A DNA stretch of 64,000 nucleotides from a virus (Duplodnaviria; Caudoviricetes), in the IMG/VR virus record IMGVR_UViG_3300032007_001727. One strand, given 5' to 3'. Positions within the stretch are counted from its first letter, which is position 1; each line of letters starts with the position of its first letter. The position numbers and the translations under genes are program-made. The notes under the pieces were generated by a model that was given only the letters and a program-made list of their open reading frames with translations, did not search any database and was not told the origin of the DNA. Below are positions 10,412 to 20,939 of the stretch, one piece after another.

Positions 10412-10765
10412 ATGAAGAAAAGAATTAGATTAACAGAAGGAGACCTTCACAGAATCGTGAAAGAGTCTGTTAAGAGAGTGTTGAAAGAAAGTAATAATGA
10501 TAGAATAGAGAAAGCATATCATGGAAAAGATAGCGGAAAAGTGTATCACGTCTCAATAGAAAATCCTGGACCTCTCAAACATACCAATGGGACAAAAGAA
10601 CTTTATTGTGGATTTGAATCTTGGGTTGAAGGTGATGAAGAAAACACCTACGTAGAAGGTGGAATTTGGATTGAAGACGGATGGGTTGTTGATTTTGATG
10701 GCTGTGGCGTATTACCAAAAGCGGTTAAGAAGGCTTTGGGGGAAATGGGTATTCAAGCAGATTAA
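10412..10765 (+). CDS. RLTE-leader protein with unrelated cargo domain (putative internal head protein)
   Basis: MKKRIRLTEGDLHRIVKESVKRVLKES; own late motif and downstream hairpin at 10789-10811. Confidence 0.7.
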   Translation: MKKRIRLTEGDLHRIVKESVKRVLKESNNDRIEKAYHGKDSGKVYHVSIENPGPLKHTNGTKELYCGFESWVEGDEENTYVEGGIWIEDGWVVDFDGCGVLPKAVKKALGEMGIQAD

Positions 10766-10822
10766 ACCAATTAATTTATCAAACATACGGGCGAATCAGA
10801 TAGATTCGCCCATTTTTGTTTT

Positions 10823-11785
10823 TTATGATATTCTTACATATTTTGATAGGATTGAGTTGATGTCATACCCATCCAACTTGTTAATATAACCACCCCAATC
10901 GCCACACTGTTCAAGACCGTTCCAAGGATGAACGTGGTGCATAATGCAGCCCTTCATTATTTCCAATAACTCAACCAATTTGTCACCCATTGGGACTTGG
11001 TGTAGGCTGTTCATTATTTCATCCATTTTTTCATCCTTAATCATTGAGTCCTTGTCATGGATATTATCCGATATTGAATCGTCCTTGTTGCTCATTATGT
11101 TAATTCTGTCAGCAACCATATTTATGATGCTGTTGGCTTCATTGTTCGCCTTCTTGGCCAACTTGTTCTTGTATTTCAACTGAATGTATGCCGGGTCAAG
11201 ATTATTGAAGATAATATTGCCAATCATATTCGGCTTGTCCGTTCCATCCGCTTCCTTGCGTATTCCGGCGCGTAGTTGTATCTCACTCTCCTTTACCTCA
11301 ATTCCGTTTCTCTTTGTGTTATATCGCATCAATATATCCTCGGAACCCCTTCCTATGATTGCAACATCCGTTTGTTTCGGAAATGCGCCAATTGTAGCAT
11401 CTTCCTTTGAAATACTCTCCAACGGATTGTTGTGGTACGGCTCCTTTAACAAGGATGTTGCATCCTTCGGGTTACCGCATTTCGTGTTGAACTGAGGCTG
11501 TGAGATTATCGGCCCTATATAATATCTCTGACCGTTTGATTCAGCATCATATAAGACCAATACCGTTTCATCCACCTTTGGTATGCTCTGTATTATTTTC
11601 GGCAACAACGGAAAAGACCAAGGTATGTCCTTTGGATTATTTGAGTTGTCTTTCCCAAATATTTTTGCCCTTACCCTCATACCGTCGAATGGTCTATCCA
11701 ACTTGTGTTCGTCATCATCAATGAATTTTGAATTGACGTTTTCAATATCCACAACGACACCTATTTCAAACCTAAAATCACTCAT
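10823..11785 (-). CDS. baseplate central spike (gp5/gpV-like OB fold with HxH apex)
   Basis: IGVVVDI..D....RVRAKI..IPWSFPL....PKVDETVLVL...RYYIG; C-terminal HHVHP. Confidence 0.7.
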   Translation of the reverse strand: MSDFRFEIGVVVDIENVNSKFIDDDEHKLDRPFDGMRVRAKIFGKDNSNNPKDIPWSFPLLPKIIQSIPKVDETVLVLYDAESNGQRYYIGPIISQPQFNTKCGNPKDATSLLKEPYHNNPLESISKEDATIGAFPKQTDVAIIGRGSEDILMRYNTKRNGIEVKESEIQLRAGIRKEADGTDKPNMIGNIIFNNLDPAYIQLKYKNKLAKKANNEANSIINMVADRINIMSNKDDSISDNIHDKDSMIKDEKMDEIMNSLHQVPMGDKLVELLEIMKGCIMHHVHPWNGLEQCGDWGGYINKLDGYDINSILSKYVRIS

Positions 11786-12032
11786 TGCTTAAAATTCCTC
11801 TGTTATCTAATTCTTTTTTTGCCTTATTGTAGAGATAATCCAAGTCTTCTAACTCGCTTATCAAATCTAGTATCTTTGTCTTTCTGACATCATATTCATT
11901 ATTATAACCCATAATCTTGATGTTGATTTCCGAATTTGTCATTCTAGAGAAATCTGTATTTCTATCAAATGCCATAACTTTTTGATTTTCTTTTTTACAT
12001 TTTTTAAACGATACATCCTTGACCGGTTCCAC
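11778..12032 (-). CDS. hypothetical coiled-coil protein
   Basis: Overlaps neighbours in the operon; true start may be the later ATG. Confidence 0.5.
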   Translation of the reverse strand: MEPVKDVSFKKCKKENQKVMAFDRNTDFSRMTNSEINIKIMGYNNEYDVRKTKILDLISELEDLDYLYNKAKKELDNRGILSNE

Positions 12033-12408
12033 ACGAAGTGGTTGTACCGATAACTGTTATTGGTCCTCCGGCATTTGCACCGAACGCCGTAACGGTAAGG
12101 GAACCCGGCTGCATGCCTAGTTGTACCGCCGCATCCTTTCTTAATGCCCTAAACACCTCATCTACGATGGAATACACAAACGCAACTGTAAGATTATCAC
12201 TTCCGTCCGGCATTGAATTGGTGGGTATGCCGTATCCGTTTAAATCCTTTACAATGTTTGCGGTTGATTGTGTCACCGAAAGCCCCGGACGGCGAATCAT
12301 TGAACACACTAGCAAAGTTCTAGGCAACTGCTTAAACGGTGGCCTTATCTTTTTAAAGAAGTTAACTATGGTATTACAGATTGTCCTTACACTCATTTTA
12401 TTCAGCAC
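12004..12408 (-). CDS. hypothetical protein, possibly baseplate-associated
   Basis: Gly/Thr-rich beta-type C-terminus; in the spike operon. Confidence 0.55.
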   Translation of the reverse strand: MLNKMSVRTICNTIVNFFKKIRPPFKQLPRTLLVCSMIRRPGLSVTQSTANIVKDLNGYGIPTNSMPDGSDNLTVAFVYSIVDEVFRALRKDAAVQLGMQPGSLTVTAFGANAGGPITVIGTTTSCGTGQGCIV

Positions 12409-14600
12409 TTATTTGTTGACGGAGTTTCCCCATCGTTATTATTTTCATTTCCGACATCAATGTCGGCATAGTCCACGTTATCCAACTGAGTGTCAATTAA
12501 CGTACTCCTAAACATTGATAGACCGCGTGGATAGTTTCTTATCAAATCCAAGATAATGTCAGAATAGGTTTCAAGTTGTTCCCTTAGTATTATCGACTCG
12601 ATTGTTTCCACGATTGGTTCCAAACCCTTCAATACTAGTTTCTGTAGTTCTTGGAGAACCAAGTCCCTAACCTCTTTAACGATACCTTTGATTATGTCAG
12701 AGAATTGACGAATAAGTTCATGGAACGATTTCTTGCCCAACTCCTTCAGTGACTGTGAGTTCGTAAAGTTGCTGAGTGAATTTCCCATCATCTGCTTATT
12801 TACCTCTAGAAGCATAAGCACTTTAGGGGTCATGATTGCATTCACTATTGCGGTTGTAAGATTTTCAATTAAATCCAATAGGAAATTATATTGAATGTCA
12901 ACCTTGTTTCTTTCATCAACACCTTCCGTTATAATCACAGATGCTTGTCTGATGGCCCTCCTTAGAATTGTCTGTTGTTCATGCAATTTAGCATCGGGTT
13001 CATATTCGGACAATATCTCATCGACTGAATCAAATAAACCGCCTTCTTCACCGTCGGCACATATCTTGTTTTTCTTTGCCCTTTCCTCTTCTGCCTTTTT
13101 CAAGAGAGGGGCATATTTGGAACTGTCAAATGAATAATAACAGTCATTTAATTCAGAATCGTCACTTTCAATGATTGACTTGATTATCGTCTTGATTTCA
13201 TCTGTTTCTTCACGGTGCTTGAAGGTCACGCTTATGTTGGTATTAAATATTGTGCTGAACAGTTCATACAATAATGACCTTGCATCAAATAACTTCACAC
13301 TAGTAAGGTAATCATAATTGAATTCAAACAAGGTCAAACCCGGATAACACTCAATTAAATTTTTTATGACCTCATTTTTATCTCCAACCGTGACGTTTCC
13401 GTTTCTTGGGTTTATTATGACATTGCCATCTAAATAAGATAAATCAGCACTATCAGTATTATTGTTCAAGGTATATTTACCGTTAGGGTCATATTCACCC
13501 TTGTCATTGAAGAGCATTTTCTTGAATCTCCAAGGTGGTTCTCCACTCGATATATTTGGGATGTGAACCAACGGTCTTGGCAATATTGTAAAACGGAACC
13601 TATTGTTTACCAACCCGTTAAAGTCCGCGTCATTGGACATTTGGTCAATATACTGTAGATTGAATATAGGTTTTTCTTTTGAATAATCCCTAGGCACGGA
13701 ATATTCATTGGGATTTTTGTTTATTCTTCTTATTGGTTCACTCAATTGGTTTCTTATTCTTTCAAAATAATTTCTCTTATACCAATTCACTGAGTGCCAA
13801 TCATCTGATACCGGCACCAATCTGTCACTGATGATTTTCATTTCATTATTGACCTTATGGTCCAAACACATTGAAACCACATATCCGCCATTATATACAA
13901 AAGTGTTGCCGGGCAATATTTTGGACTCTTCGTCGTTGTTTGAGTTGTATATCACCTCTAGGCTAGATAATAACGTACTGTCATGAGGGTTCAATGATGA
14001 TGCACCCAACATTCCCTTCAAGTCATCCATATCGTTTATCTTGGATGAATTCGGAAACTTTCCCTTGTGTATTACAAACCACAAGAATGCATCCATGTCA
14101 TCAGCCCTAGCGAATGCATATGAGTTAAATACGTTTTCAGTGCCGAAATATAGTCTCTTACCATACACATCCAACGGGTTCACTGAAAGTTTGTCTATGA
14201 AGTCAATTGATTCAATGTCAATGTCAATACCATAAGTCTGCCTAGTGTCAGAATCATCGAACTTAACATGCCTTTTTCTGTATTGTTCCGGTATTCTAGG
14301 GTCGATTGAACAAGAAATCATGTTCTTGAGACTAGTGAGAATCAAAGCCTTGACACTCATTTCGGCGATTTGGACATATCCGGTAAGCATAGCAACAATG
14401 TAATTCTCAATATCCTCGGTACTGAATCTTAAATGACTCAGAAGGTCTATCAGAAACCTTACCGGGTTAATTGAAAAATTCATTGAAATGTTCGATGAGA
14501 CATTTGAAGCGTCCAACACACCGACAACTTTACTTATGAGTGCTTCAGCCGTATCAATATACGCCAACGCCTCTTCTTGTGACTTCCTAACACTAGCCAT
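12402..14600 (-). CDS. large hypothetical protein, probably structural
   Basis: 732-aa ORF translationally coupled to neighbours. Confidence 0.65.
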   Translation of the reverse strand: MASVRKSQEEALAYIDTAEALISKVVGVLDASNVSSNISMNFSINPVRFLIDLLSHLRFSTEDIENYIVAMLTGYVQIAEMSVKALILTSLKNMISCSIDPRIPEQYRKRHVKFDDSDTRQTYGIDIDIESIDFIDKLSVNPLDVYGKRLYFGTENVFNSYAFARADDMDAFLWFVIHKGKFPNSSKINDMDDLKGMLGASSLNPHDSTLLSSLEVIYNSNNDEESKILPGNTFVYNGGYVVSMCLDHKVNNEMKIISDRLVPVSDDWHSVNWYKRNYFERIRNQLSEPIRRINKNPNEYSVPRDYSKEKPIFNLQYIDQMSNDADFNGLVNNRFRFTILPRPLVHIPNISSGEPPWRFKKMLFNDKGEYDPNGKYTLNNNTDSADLSYLDGNVIINPRNGNVTVGDKNEVIKNLIECYPGLTLFEFNYDYLTSVKLFDARSLLYELFSTIFNTNISVTFKHREETDEIKTIIKSIIESDDSELNDCYYSFDSSKYAPLLKKAEEERAKKNKICADGEEGGLFDSVDEILSEYEPDAKLHEQQTILRRAIRQASVIITEGVDERNKVDIQYNFLLDLIENLTTAIVNAIMTPKVLMLLEVNKQMMGNSLSNFTNSQSLKELGKKSFHELIRQFSDIIKGIVKEVRDLVLQELQKLVLKGLEPIVETIESIILREQLETYSDIILDLIRNYPRGLSMFRSTLIDTQLDNVDYADIDVGNENNNDGETPSTNKC

Positions 14601-14998
14601 TATTTACGAATTTCAATCTTCTTAGTTTTTTCTTGTAATGAATCATCCACCATTTTCTTAATGTCATCGAAGTCAAAGGTCATTTCCTTTGATGATGCAT
14701 TACTTAGGGCACCTACGACATCACCGTTGCTCTTATATATTTCGGTAAGAATCTTTGCAATGTCTATTTTCTTTGCGATGGCCTTATCCTTGATTCCCAA
14801 ATAGTCATTGATTGCCTTTGCATATTTTCCACGTGCTTCCATCGGCTCATCTTGTAACTGCGTTGCCACTGAAAGTTTATTGATTTCATTCTGCGCTTGC
14901 TTGATTTGCTCATCAGCGAGAGTATAAACCCCTTGTAACAAGTCTCTTATGTTCTGCGGGTTATTTAATTCTATCTTAAAATTATTCACTGTAGCCAT
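14600..14998 (-). CDS. hypothetical helical protein
   Basis: First gene of a late operon; ATAAATAT on + strand about 25 nt upstream. Confidence 0.6.
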   Translation of the reverse strand: MATVNNFKIELNNPQNIRDLLQGVYTLADEQIKQAQNEINKLSVATQLQDEPMEARGKYAKAINDYLGIKDKAIAKKIDIAKILTEIYKSNGDVVGALSNASSKEMTFDFDDIKKMVDDSLQEKTKKIEIRK

Positions 14999-15062
14999 TT
15001 AATAAAAATTTTTTTCACCTATAAATATTTAAGGGTACGTTTTTAAAAACGTACCCAAAAAA

Positions 15063-15857
15063 TTACTCATTTACCAATTTATCCTTGACTTCGTAGTATT
15101 TCTTTTTGAAAACTTTCATTGCATCCCTTATCTCCTTCGTACTTAGCATTGTTGTTTCCTTAAGGAATAAGAGGATTGAACTCTTGTTAAACTTGTTACT
15201 ACCCATTTGGGCAAATAGTTCGTCCCAATTCTCCATCAGATTAATCAAGGCACTACCGACCTTAACTTCATTGTCTGTCAGTTTGAACTTGTCCCTTTCA
15301 GATATTATCTTTTCAATATTCTTGACTGTTGCGCCGGTCAGTTCACTCAAGAAATTATTCCTAGGGTCATTGTCATCATATGAGTAGTTTATATTGTCGG
15401 ATATATCATTTTGAACCGTATCAAACGGGTTATCATATGAAACATTCCTCTTTTGTGTCTTTGAATGTTGGTTAATCCGGTAGATTAAGTAATTCTTACA
15501 TATTGTTCCACAATATGAGAATGCCTTATAGTTCGTACTTGGGTCAAAACAAGAGAGTTTCGTCATTAGGAATGATATGGTGTCATTAAACGTTTCTTGG
15601 AACTCCTCATCCGGTACATATAGATTATATCTTCTGATTATGGAGTCAATCATCTTCGTGAAGGGTTGCTTCAATACCGTGTCAAAAATTCTATTCTTTT
15701 CTTCTTCATCGTCCGTAGAAATATAATCCACAACACCTTGCTCTTGCGATACTGAGAAATAATAGTTCTTTTTGTTAGGATTTGGTTTCCTACCCCTCTT
15801 TTTCTTTGGTTTTTCTTCTACTGTATTAGTATCAGTTGGTTGAGTATCTTGTGACAT
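15063..15857 (-). CDS. T4 gp55-like late transcription sigma factor
   Basis: N-terminal NYYF; FDPSTNYKAFSYCGTICKNYLI resembles gp55 FD...NPFAYFT.IC.N.F. Confidence 0.7.
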   Translation of the reverse strand: MSQDTQPTDTNTVEEKPKKKRGRKPNPNKKNYYFSVSQEQGVVDYISTDDEEEKNRIFDTVLKQPFTKMIDSIIRRYNLYVPDEEFQETFNDTISFLMTKLSCFDPSTNYKAFSYCGTICKNYLIYRINQHSKTQKRNVSYDNPFDTVQNDISDNINYSYDDNDPRNNFLSELTGATVKNIEKIISERDKFKLTDNEVKVGSALINLMENWDELFAQMGSNKFNKSSILLFLKETTMLSTKEIRDAMKVFKKKYYEVKDKLVNE

Positions 15858-15880
15858 CTATACATTTATTTTAATAAAAA

Positions 15881-16669
15881 TTATTCCTCATCTTTCTCGT
15901 CCTTCTTAAATATAAACTTTGACGGTTCCCTCTCTATGCTTGGGTGGAACAGACTTTCTCTCTTAGCCAATTCAAATAGCCATTGGGTTTCGTCGCTCCC
16001 GACCGTTTCCTTATAAATCTCAACAAGAGAACCCTTTCGCCCTAACCTATGATTGTACCCAACCTTTGGGATTACGTAAACCTTTTTGCCCTTATTAGTT
16101 AGTCTTAGCATCCATTCGTACCAAAATGTTATTTTAATTTGCGGCTTAAGTCCGCCAACCTCATTCCAATCATCCTTATTGAAAATACTTCCGGTGAGAT
16201 AAAAGTCAAAATAATTCTGAAGACAATCATTGTCAATATAGCCTATTTCATTCGAAAAGGCACTAGCCCATGCTTCAGAATTTCCGAAACCTATATATCT
16301 ATCGTTGTTAAAGTCGGTAATGTCTTCAAGCGGCATAAACACGCTCACTTCCGGTGTAAACTCAGAATATTTTTCAAAATTGTCAAACCACTTTGCGGCA
16401 TACGTATCATCAAACTCAAGAATTGAAAACCACTTATCTTCAATTGACTCCACGGCAGAGTTCACCAATTCACAAAAACTACTCCCATCACTCTTCGAAA
16501 TAACTTCCAACCTATCACTGATGCCATTTAGTTCCTTCTTGCTAGTACCACTAGGAATTGATAACACAACATTAATGTCATTCGGAACTGAATTGACGGC
16601 ATTATTCAATAATTTAATATTTTCTTCACCAAATTCATGCATTGGTATTATAACTGTCAAATTTTTCAT
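15881..16669 (-). CDS. glycosyltransferase family 2 (GT-A)
   Basis: LTVIIPMH, AVNSV, WFSILEFDDTY. Confidence 0.75.
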   Translation of the reverse strand: MKNLTVIIPMHEFGEENIKLLNNAVNSVPNDINVVLSIPSGTSKKELNGISDRLEVISKSDGSSFCELVNSAVESIEDKWFSILEFDDTYAAKWFDNFEKYSEFTPEVSVFMPLEDITDFNNDRYIGFGNSEAWASAFSNEIGYIDNDCLQNYFDFYLTGSIFNKDDWNEVGGLKPQIKITFWYEWMLRLTNKGKKVYVIPKVGYNHRLGRKGSLVEIYKETVGSDETQWLFELAKRESLFHPSIEREPSKFIFKKDEKDEE

Positions 16670-16684
16670 ATATATCCAACAAAT

Positions 16685-17788
16685 TTACTTATTTTCGTTT
16701 TCCGAATTATTTTTAGCCTTGACTTGGGTTATTAACTCCTTCATTTCGTTGGCCCTTCTTTCTAACGTGTCACTCACATACGTTATAAACTCTCCCTTTG
16801 TCTTCTCATAGTCAAACTTGGAACAAACCTTCTTGCCCTCATCCTCCAATACGGTAGGGATGTTGTCAGTAATCCAAGAACGAACGACACTTGCCAATTG
16901 CTTATGGAGTGTATCGAAGTCATTAAACCATATGCAAGCATTCGTGAGATTTCCGTTCTCATCCGTTGCCCAATCCAATTCAGTGTCAGTTACCTTGCAC
17001 ATTGTAATTGAACCGCTCTTGATGGCCTCTAACGCGCTATAAGACACGCTAGCGTCACTATCTACCACAATGGTAATTGCAGCCTCTCTGAGCGCGTTTG
17101 AGAACTGTTCCTTGGACAGATTCCTAAGTTCCTTGAACGAAACCCACTTGAACATCGGATATTTCCAATAGAACGGCTTGACGATTCTCTTAATGTCGGA
17201 TTGGTCCTTGGCAATGATGTTGACAATCATTTTCCTTGGCTCGTTAGTCTTACCGAATATCTTGGAAATAAACGGAGAAACCTTTGTAACTTTAACATAC
17301 GGAAACACGTTGTTAAGTTCCCTCTTTTGATATTCAGAATTGGTGATTGCCTCCATTATCCCGAAATCGCCCCACTGTGCAACATATGGCATTTGTTCAA
17401 CCAAATAGTCATAGTTCTGCAAAATCGCAATTCTCTTACAAGGAAGATTCTTGGTCTGATTCATGACTTGTGAGAAAATCTCCGGAATAAATAAAATATC
17501 AGAAGGTGAGGTTCCTATTTCATCCTTGTTAACGTTATAATGCGGAAGGTTGCTGTATCTTTCGTCCAACCACGAACCGACTCCGACAAAATCATCCTCA
17601 GTGTGCAGCATACCGACATTATATCCCTCCTCCTTTAAAATTAACGCCAAGTTGTAAATGTATTCGAGAGACCCGGACGGCGTTCCCTTGGTATCTAACA
17701 CGAAGAATAGTATTCTATTCTCTTTCTTGTTTATCTTTGAGATTTCATTTTCAATGTTCTCAATAATCTTCAAATCCTTTTCATTCAT
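16685..17788 (-). CDS. GT-B fold glycosyltransferase-like protein
   Basis: DILFIPE, LQNY, LREAAITI...YSALEAIKSG (EAxxxG motif). Confidence 0.65.
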   Translation of the reverse strand: MNEKDLKIIENIENEISKINKKENRILFFVLDTKGTPSGSLEYIYNLALILKEEGYNVGMLHTEDDFVGVGSWLDERYSNLPHYNVNKDEIGTSPSDILFIPEIFSQVMNQTKNLPCKRIAILQNYDYLVEQMPYVAQWGDFGIMEAITNSEYQKRELNNVFPYVKVTKVSPFISKIFGKTNEPRKMIVNIIAKDQSDIKRIVKPFYWKYPMFKWVSFKELRNLSKEQFSNALREAAITIVVDSDASVSYSALEAIKSGSITMCKVTDTELDWATDENGNLTNACIWFNDFDTLHKQLASVVRSWITDNIPTVLEDEGKKVCSKFDYEKTKGEFITYVSDTLERRANEMKELITQVKAKNNSENENK

Positions 17789-17806
17789 ATTCTAAAAAAA
17801 ATTAAA

Positions 17807-18133
17807 CTATTCATTCTTTACGCCCTTAATGAAGCCATATGCTTGCATTGTGTTGTAGGTAAGATTTTGTCCCATGGTCATTACGTTGGCATCCTCAACA
17901 TCATTGAGAATTTCAATGAACATTTTCACCATATCATATCTGATGGTACTTTGGTTGGAATAGTCATTTACCTTAACTTCCTTTACTTCCTTCATTTCCG
18001 GCACCATCTGACCACTCTCAGAGTCATATATGTAATTCTCGGTGATTTCAACATCACTAGTTCTTTCGTTTGGATTACCAAATATAAAATTGGTAATCTT
18101 GTTCATATCGAAAATAAACGGTGTATCATTCAT
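17807..18133 (-). CDS. hypothetical protein
   Basis: Operon ORF ending in TAG. Confidence 0.6.
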   Translation of the reverse strand: MNDTPFIFDMNKITNFIFGNPNERTSDVEITENYIYDSESGQMVPEMKEVKEVKVNDYSNQSTIRYDMVKMFIEILNDVEDANVMTMGQNLTYNTMQAYGFIKGVKNE

Positions 18134-18728
18134 GGCTAATCACTTCAAAGAAATTATCATCATTTATTATATCAGTTAACTTATCATAGTTCAAGAATGC
18201 CTTGTCCTTGACATCCGCGTTAAATGGTCTGTTAATTAGAATCACCTTCTTACCATTTGGGACCTCGTGTTCAAAAATCTCATTGTTTGCCGTAATAATA
18301 ACGTCACATTCATCCCAAAGTTCTTCCACGTTTTGCGGAAACACCACCTTTCTGACCCTCGTACCTATCTTGCTTAGGAAGAAGTATGTGGACTGAATTG
18401 TCAACGCCTCTTCATGTAGGCTGTAAAACATGATTCTGATATCCTTGTCTTCAATATTTGAAATATCTGTCAACCAATTGGTTATATCAATCGATAATCC
18501 CCTTTCCATTGTCTGCGCACACCCAAATATCTCATATGGATAAGATTCATAGATAAATGTGCTCATTTCATGTTTGCTATTAAACTTTGCGAAATGTTTT
18601 AACACGTCATCGTCAGTATCAACCTCATCCAAGTCAACATCTTGCGCATATTCCTTTATGTAATACTTCGCAATCTGTTTGTTAATATTCCTAACGACGT
18701 GATTTAATTCTATTCCGATTGTAATCAT
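18126..18728 (-). CDS. HAD/5'(3')-deoxyribonucleotidase-like protein with degenerate motif I
   Basis: ITIGIELNHVVRN in place of DxDGVL; ILINRPFN; ATG 18728 preferred. Confidence 0.55.
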   Translation of the reverse strand: MITIGIELNHVVRNINKQIAKYYIKEYAQDVDLDEVDTDDDVLKHFAKFNSKHEMSTFIYESYPYEIFGCAQTMERGLSIDITNWLTDISNIEDKDIRIMFYSLHEEALTIQSTYFFLSKIGTRVRKVVFPQNVEELWDECDVIITANNEIFEHEVPNGKKVILINRPFNADVKDKAFLNYDKLTDIINDDNFFEVISHE

Positions 18729-18771
18729 AAAAGTTTCTTGTTTTATTTTAGATAACGGCATGACACTTGGT

Positions 18772-18951
18772 TTATCTTATACTCTTAAGAAACGCAACCA
18801 CCTTGTCTGCCTTATCTTTATTAATCATCTTATTTTTAAATGTAAATGTTATGTCAAAGTCCTCAAAAATTGCTGTATATTCATCTTTTTTCTGTGGGAC
18901 TCTGAACAAATACCTATCGAGTATGTATCCGTATTTCACCAAATCCTCCAT
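18772..18951 (-). CDS. 59-aa hypothetical protein
   Basis: MEDLVKYGYILDRYLFRVPQKKDEY...FLKSIR* fills the operon gap; absent from the ORF track. Confidence 0.55.
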   Translation of the reverse strand: MEDLVKYGYILDRYLFRVPQKKDEYTAIFEDFDITFTFKNKMINKDKADKVVAFLKSIR

Positions 18952-18953
18952 AT

Positions 18954-19961
18954 CTAATCTCGTTTTTCTTCTTGATTTTCAGCCATTTTTGCTTTGTTCA
19001 TACAATTTTGGCAAATGACCGCTTGACCGCTAGCCTCTTGTATGTCACCGTCATACACTGACATTTCCTTTCCACAAACAGAACAGTATCTCTTTCGCTT
19101 TACATCATTGATTCCGATGGTGTTGTTCTTCTTTTCTTTTTTGGCATACTTCTCAGCCATTGTCCTTGAATAGTATTTGGCCTCCAAGTCAAGCGGCACT
19201 CTCATATATTCATCCCAAGATAGTGTCATGAGAACTTCGTGTTCGGTTTCCCTCATTTTCTTGAACTTACTACCGTTCATGAAACTGTATGTAACCAAGT
19301 CATCCTCATTGTTTGCCTTATATGTCACAAATGAAAAATCATTGATTGAAGATGAAATTTCATTACGCTTGACCTCATGCTCGTCATTTTGGTTCTTTAA
19401 CAGTTTCATCAGTTCGTTTATGAATGGCTTGGATGCCTTGTCATACGGGTTCGCCTCTTTGCTGAAGTGCAAGGTTGTTTCAACGATGCCGTCATCCTCG
19501 TCAATCTTGACATCAACCCTAGTGGCATACTTTTCAATGTTGAATCTTACGAATGAGTTGTAGTTCATTTCAAACCGGTATTTGTCAATACCATAACTCC
19601 CTACTTGCTTCAATGTACTTAGCACTGACTGACATATATTTTCATTGTCTTGTGAGAATTTGTATTTCTTTCTGACACCCTTTGGATTCTTCTCGTTCTT
19701 GACACTTAGCCCGTTTCCAAGGTATTGGTAATCCTCAGACTTGTTGGCAACGGCGTATGTCCTATATCTTAATTCTTCAACCTCTTGTGTGACTTCACCC
19801 TTCAGCAAGTGCTTTGCAACTCTTTCATCGGACACCTCTTGGTTGAGTTCAATGCCGTTGTCATCGTTTGTTATACCCCCGGTAAGTTCTGCGTTTGCAC
19901 CCTTTAGACCAAAAGGCAACCCATAGAATATATTGAGGAAAAATCTTTTTATTTTATTCAT
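18954..19961 (-). CDS. hypothetical protein with C-terminal zinc ribbon
   Basis: CSVC...CQNC. Confidence 0.65.
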   Translation of the reverse strand: MNKIKRFFLNIFYGLPFGLKGANAELTGGITNDDNGIELNQEVSDERVAKHLLKGEVTQEVEELRYRTYAVANKSEDYQYLGNGLSVKNEKNPKGVRKKYKFSQDNENICQSVLSTLKQVGSYGIDKYRFEMNYNSFVRFNIEKYATRVDVKIDEDDGIVETTLHFSKEANPYDKASKPFINELMKLLKNQNDEHEVKRNEISSSINDFSFVTYKANNEDDLVTYSFMNGSKFKKMRETEHEVLMTLSWDEYMRVPLDLEAKYYSRTMAEKYAKKEKKNNTIGINDVKRKRYCSVCGKEMSVYDGDIQEASGQAVICQNCMNKAKMAENQEEKRD

Positions 19962-20214
19962 ATTTGCTCATTTCATCCGTTATTTTATTAATTAAGACGC
20001 TTTGCAGTTTAATCTTATATGACACGAATTTCTGCCGGTTCTTAATCATGCCATCAATTTCCTCCGGTACCTTTTCAAAGTTCTTGTCACCGGTTGCCAA
20101 GGAATAGTTATCGGTCATCTTCACATATTCTGCACATATTTCTGAGACCATTCCATAAAGGCTGTGCAGTTCCTCCAAGGGTAAATCATTTAAGTTTTTT
20201 TTCATATTATCCAT
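19954..20214 (-). CDS. hypothetical protein
   Basis: Overlapping operon ORF. Confidence 0.55.
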   Translation of the reverse strand: MDNMKKNLNDLPLEELHSLYGMVSEICAEYVKMTDNYSLATGDKNFEKVPEEIDGMIKNRQKFVSYKIKLQSVLINKITDEMSKYE

Positions 20215-20237
20215 TCTTCAATTTGAACTTTTGTTTT

Positions 20238-20939
20238 TTAGTGGCTTCCATTCTTTAAAACATCTATTGGGAAATACTTTTTAAACTTTTCATTTATTAT
20301 GTCTCTGTTTTTATACCAAGAATCCTTTAACTTTCCGATTGAGTTGTGCGCCAACCTTATATTGGTGGTCACACCGATTTTACATTTCTTTGCTAGTAAA
20401 TTAGCGAGACTGAAATATATGTCGTAGAAATCGAATCCATCCAATTCTCTGCTAAAGTTTTCTGCGATTCTTTGCTTGTGCAGTGCAATGAATAAGCCAT
20501 CCACTACGGCAACATCTTGCAAGTCCTTGTCCAATAGTGGTGAAAATGTCGTAAGCCAAGACTTTCCTTCGTTTCTGTGCAACACTTGACCGAATTTCTT
20601 TTCATAGTTCCACCAAGCAGCATTCTCGTCAAACTGCGCAGAACCGGCAACACCTATGATGCCATACTCTTCATGTTCATTGAAAAGCCTTAGAATTTCT
20701 GTTCCCCACCCGTTCCTTAGGAACTCAATGTCATCGTGAATCAATACGATAATATTTGTATCAATGTCCTCATTGTCAACAAGGTCTGCATATATCTTTG
20801 ACAATGATATTCCGTTCGGATTATAGACTGATATGACGTGTATGTCACAACCGCAAGTTGATTTAATATGCTTTATGAAACTTTCATTTAATTCTGTTTC
20901 CTTTCTAGAAACAAACGCAACAGTAATCTTATTTTCCAT
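20238..20939 (-). CDS. glycosyltransferase (GT2-like)
   Basis: IVLIHDDIEF, YGIIGVAG, VAVVDGLFIA, FDFYDIYFSL. Confidence 0.75.
   Translation of the reverse strand: MENKITVAFVSRKETELNESFIKHIKSTCGCDIHVISVYNPNGISLSKIYADLVDNEDIDTNIIVLIHDDIEFLRNGWGTEILRLFNEHEEYGIIGVAGSAQFDENAAWWNYEKKFGQVLHRNEGKSWLTTFSPLLDKDLQDVAVVDGLFIALHKQRIAENFSRELDGFDFYDIYFSLANLLAKKCKIGVTTNIRLAHNSIGKLKDSWYKNRDIINEKFKKYFPIDVLKNGSH

Noticed and set aside
14600-14998. Small terminase subunit
   Set aside because: Size and helical pattern fit, but there is no diagnostic motif or adjacent large terminase
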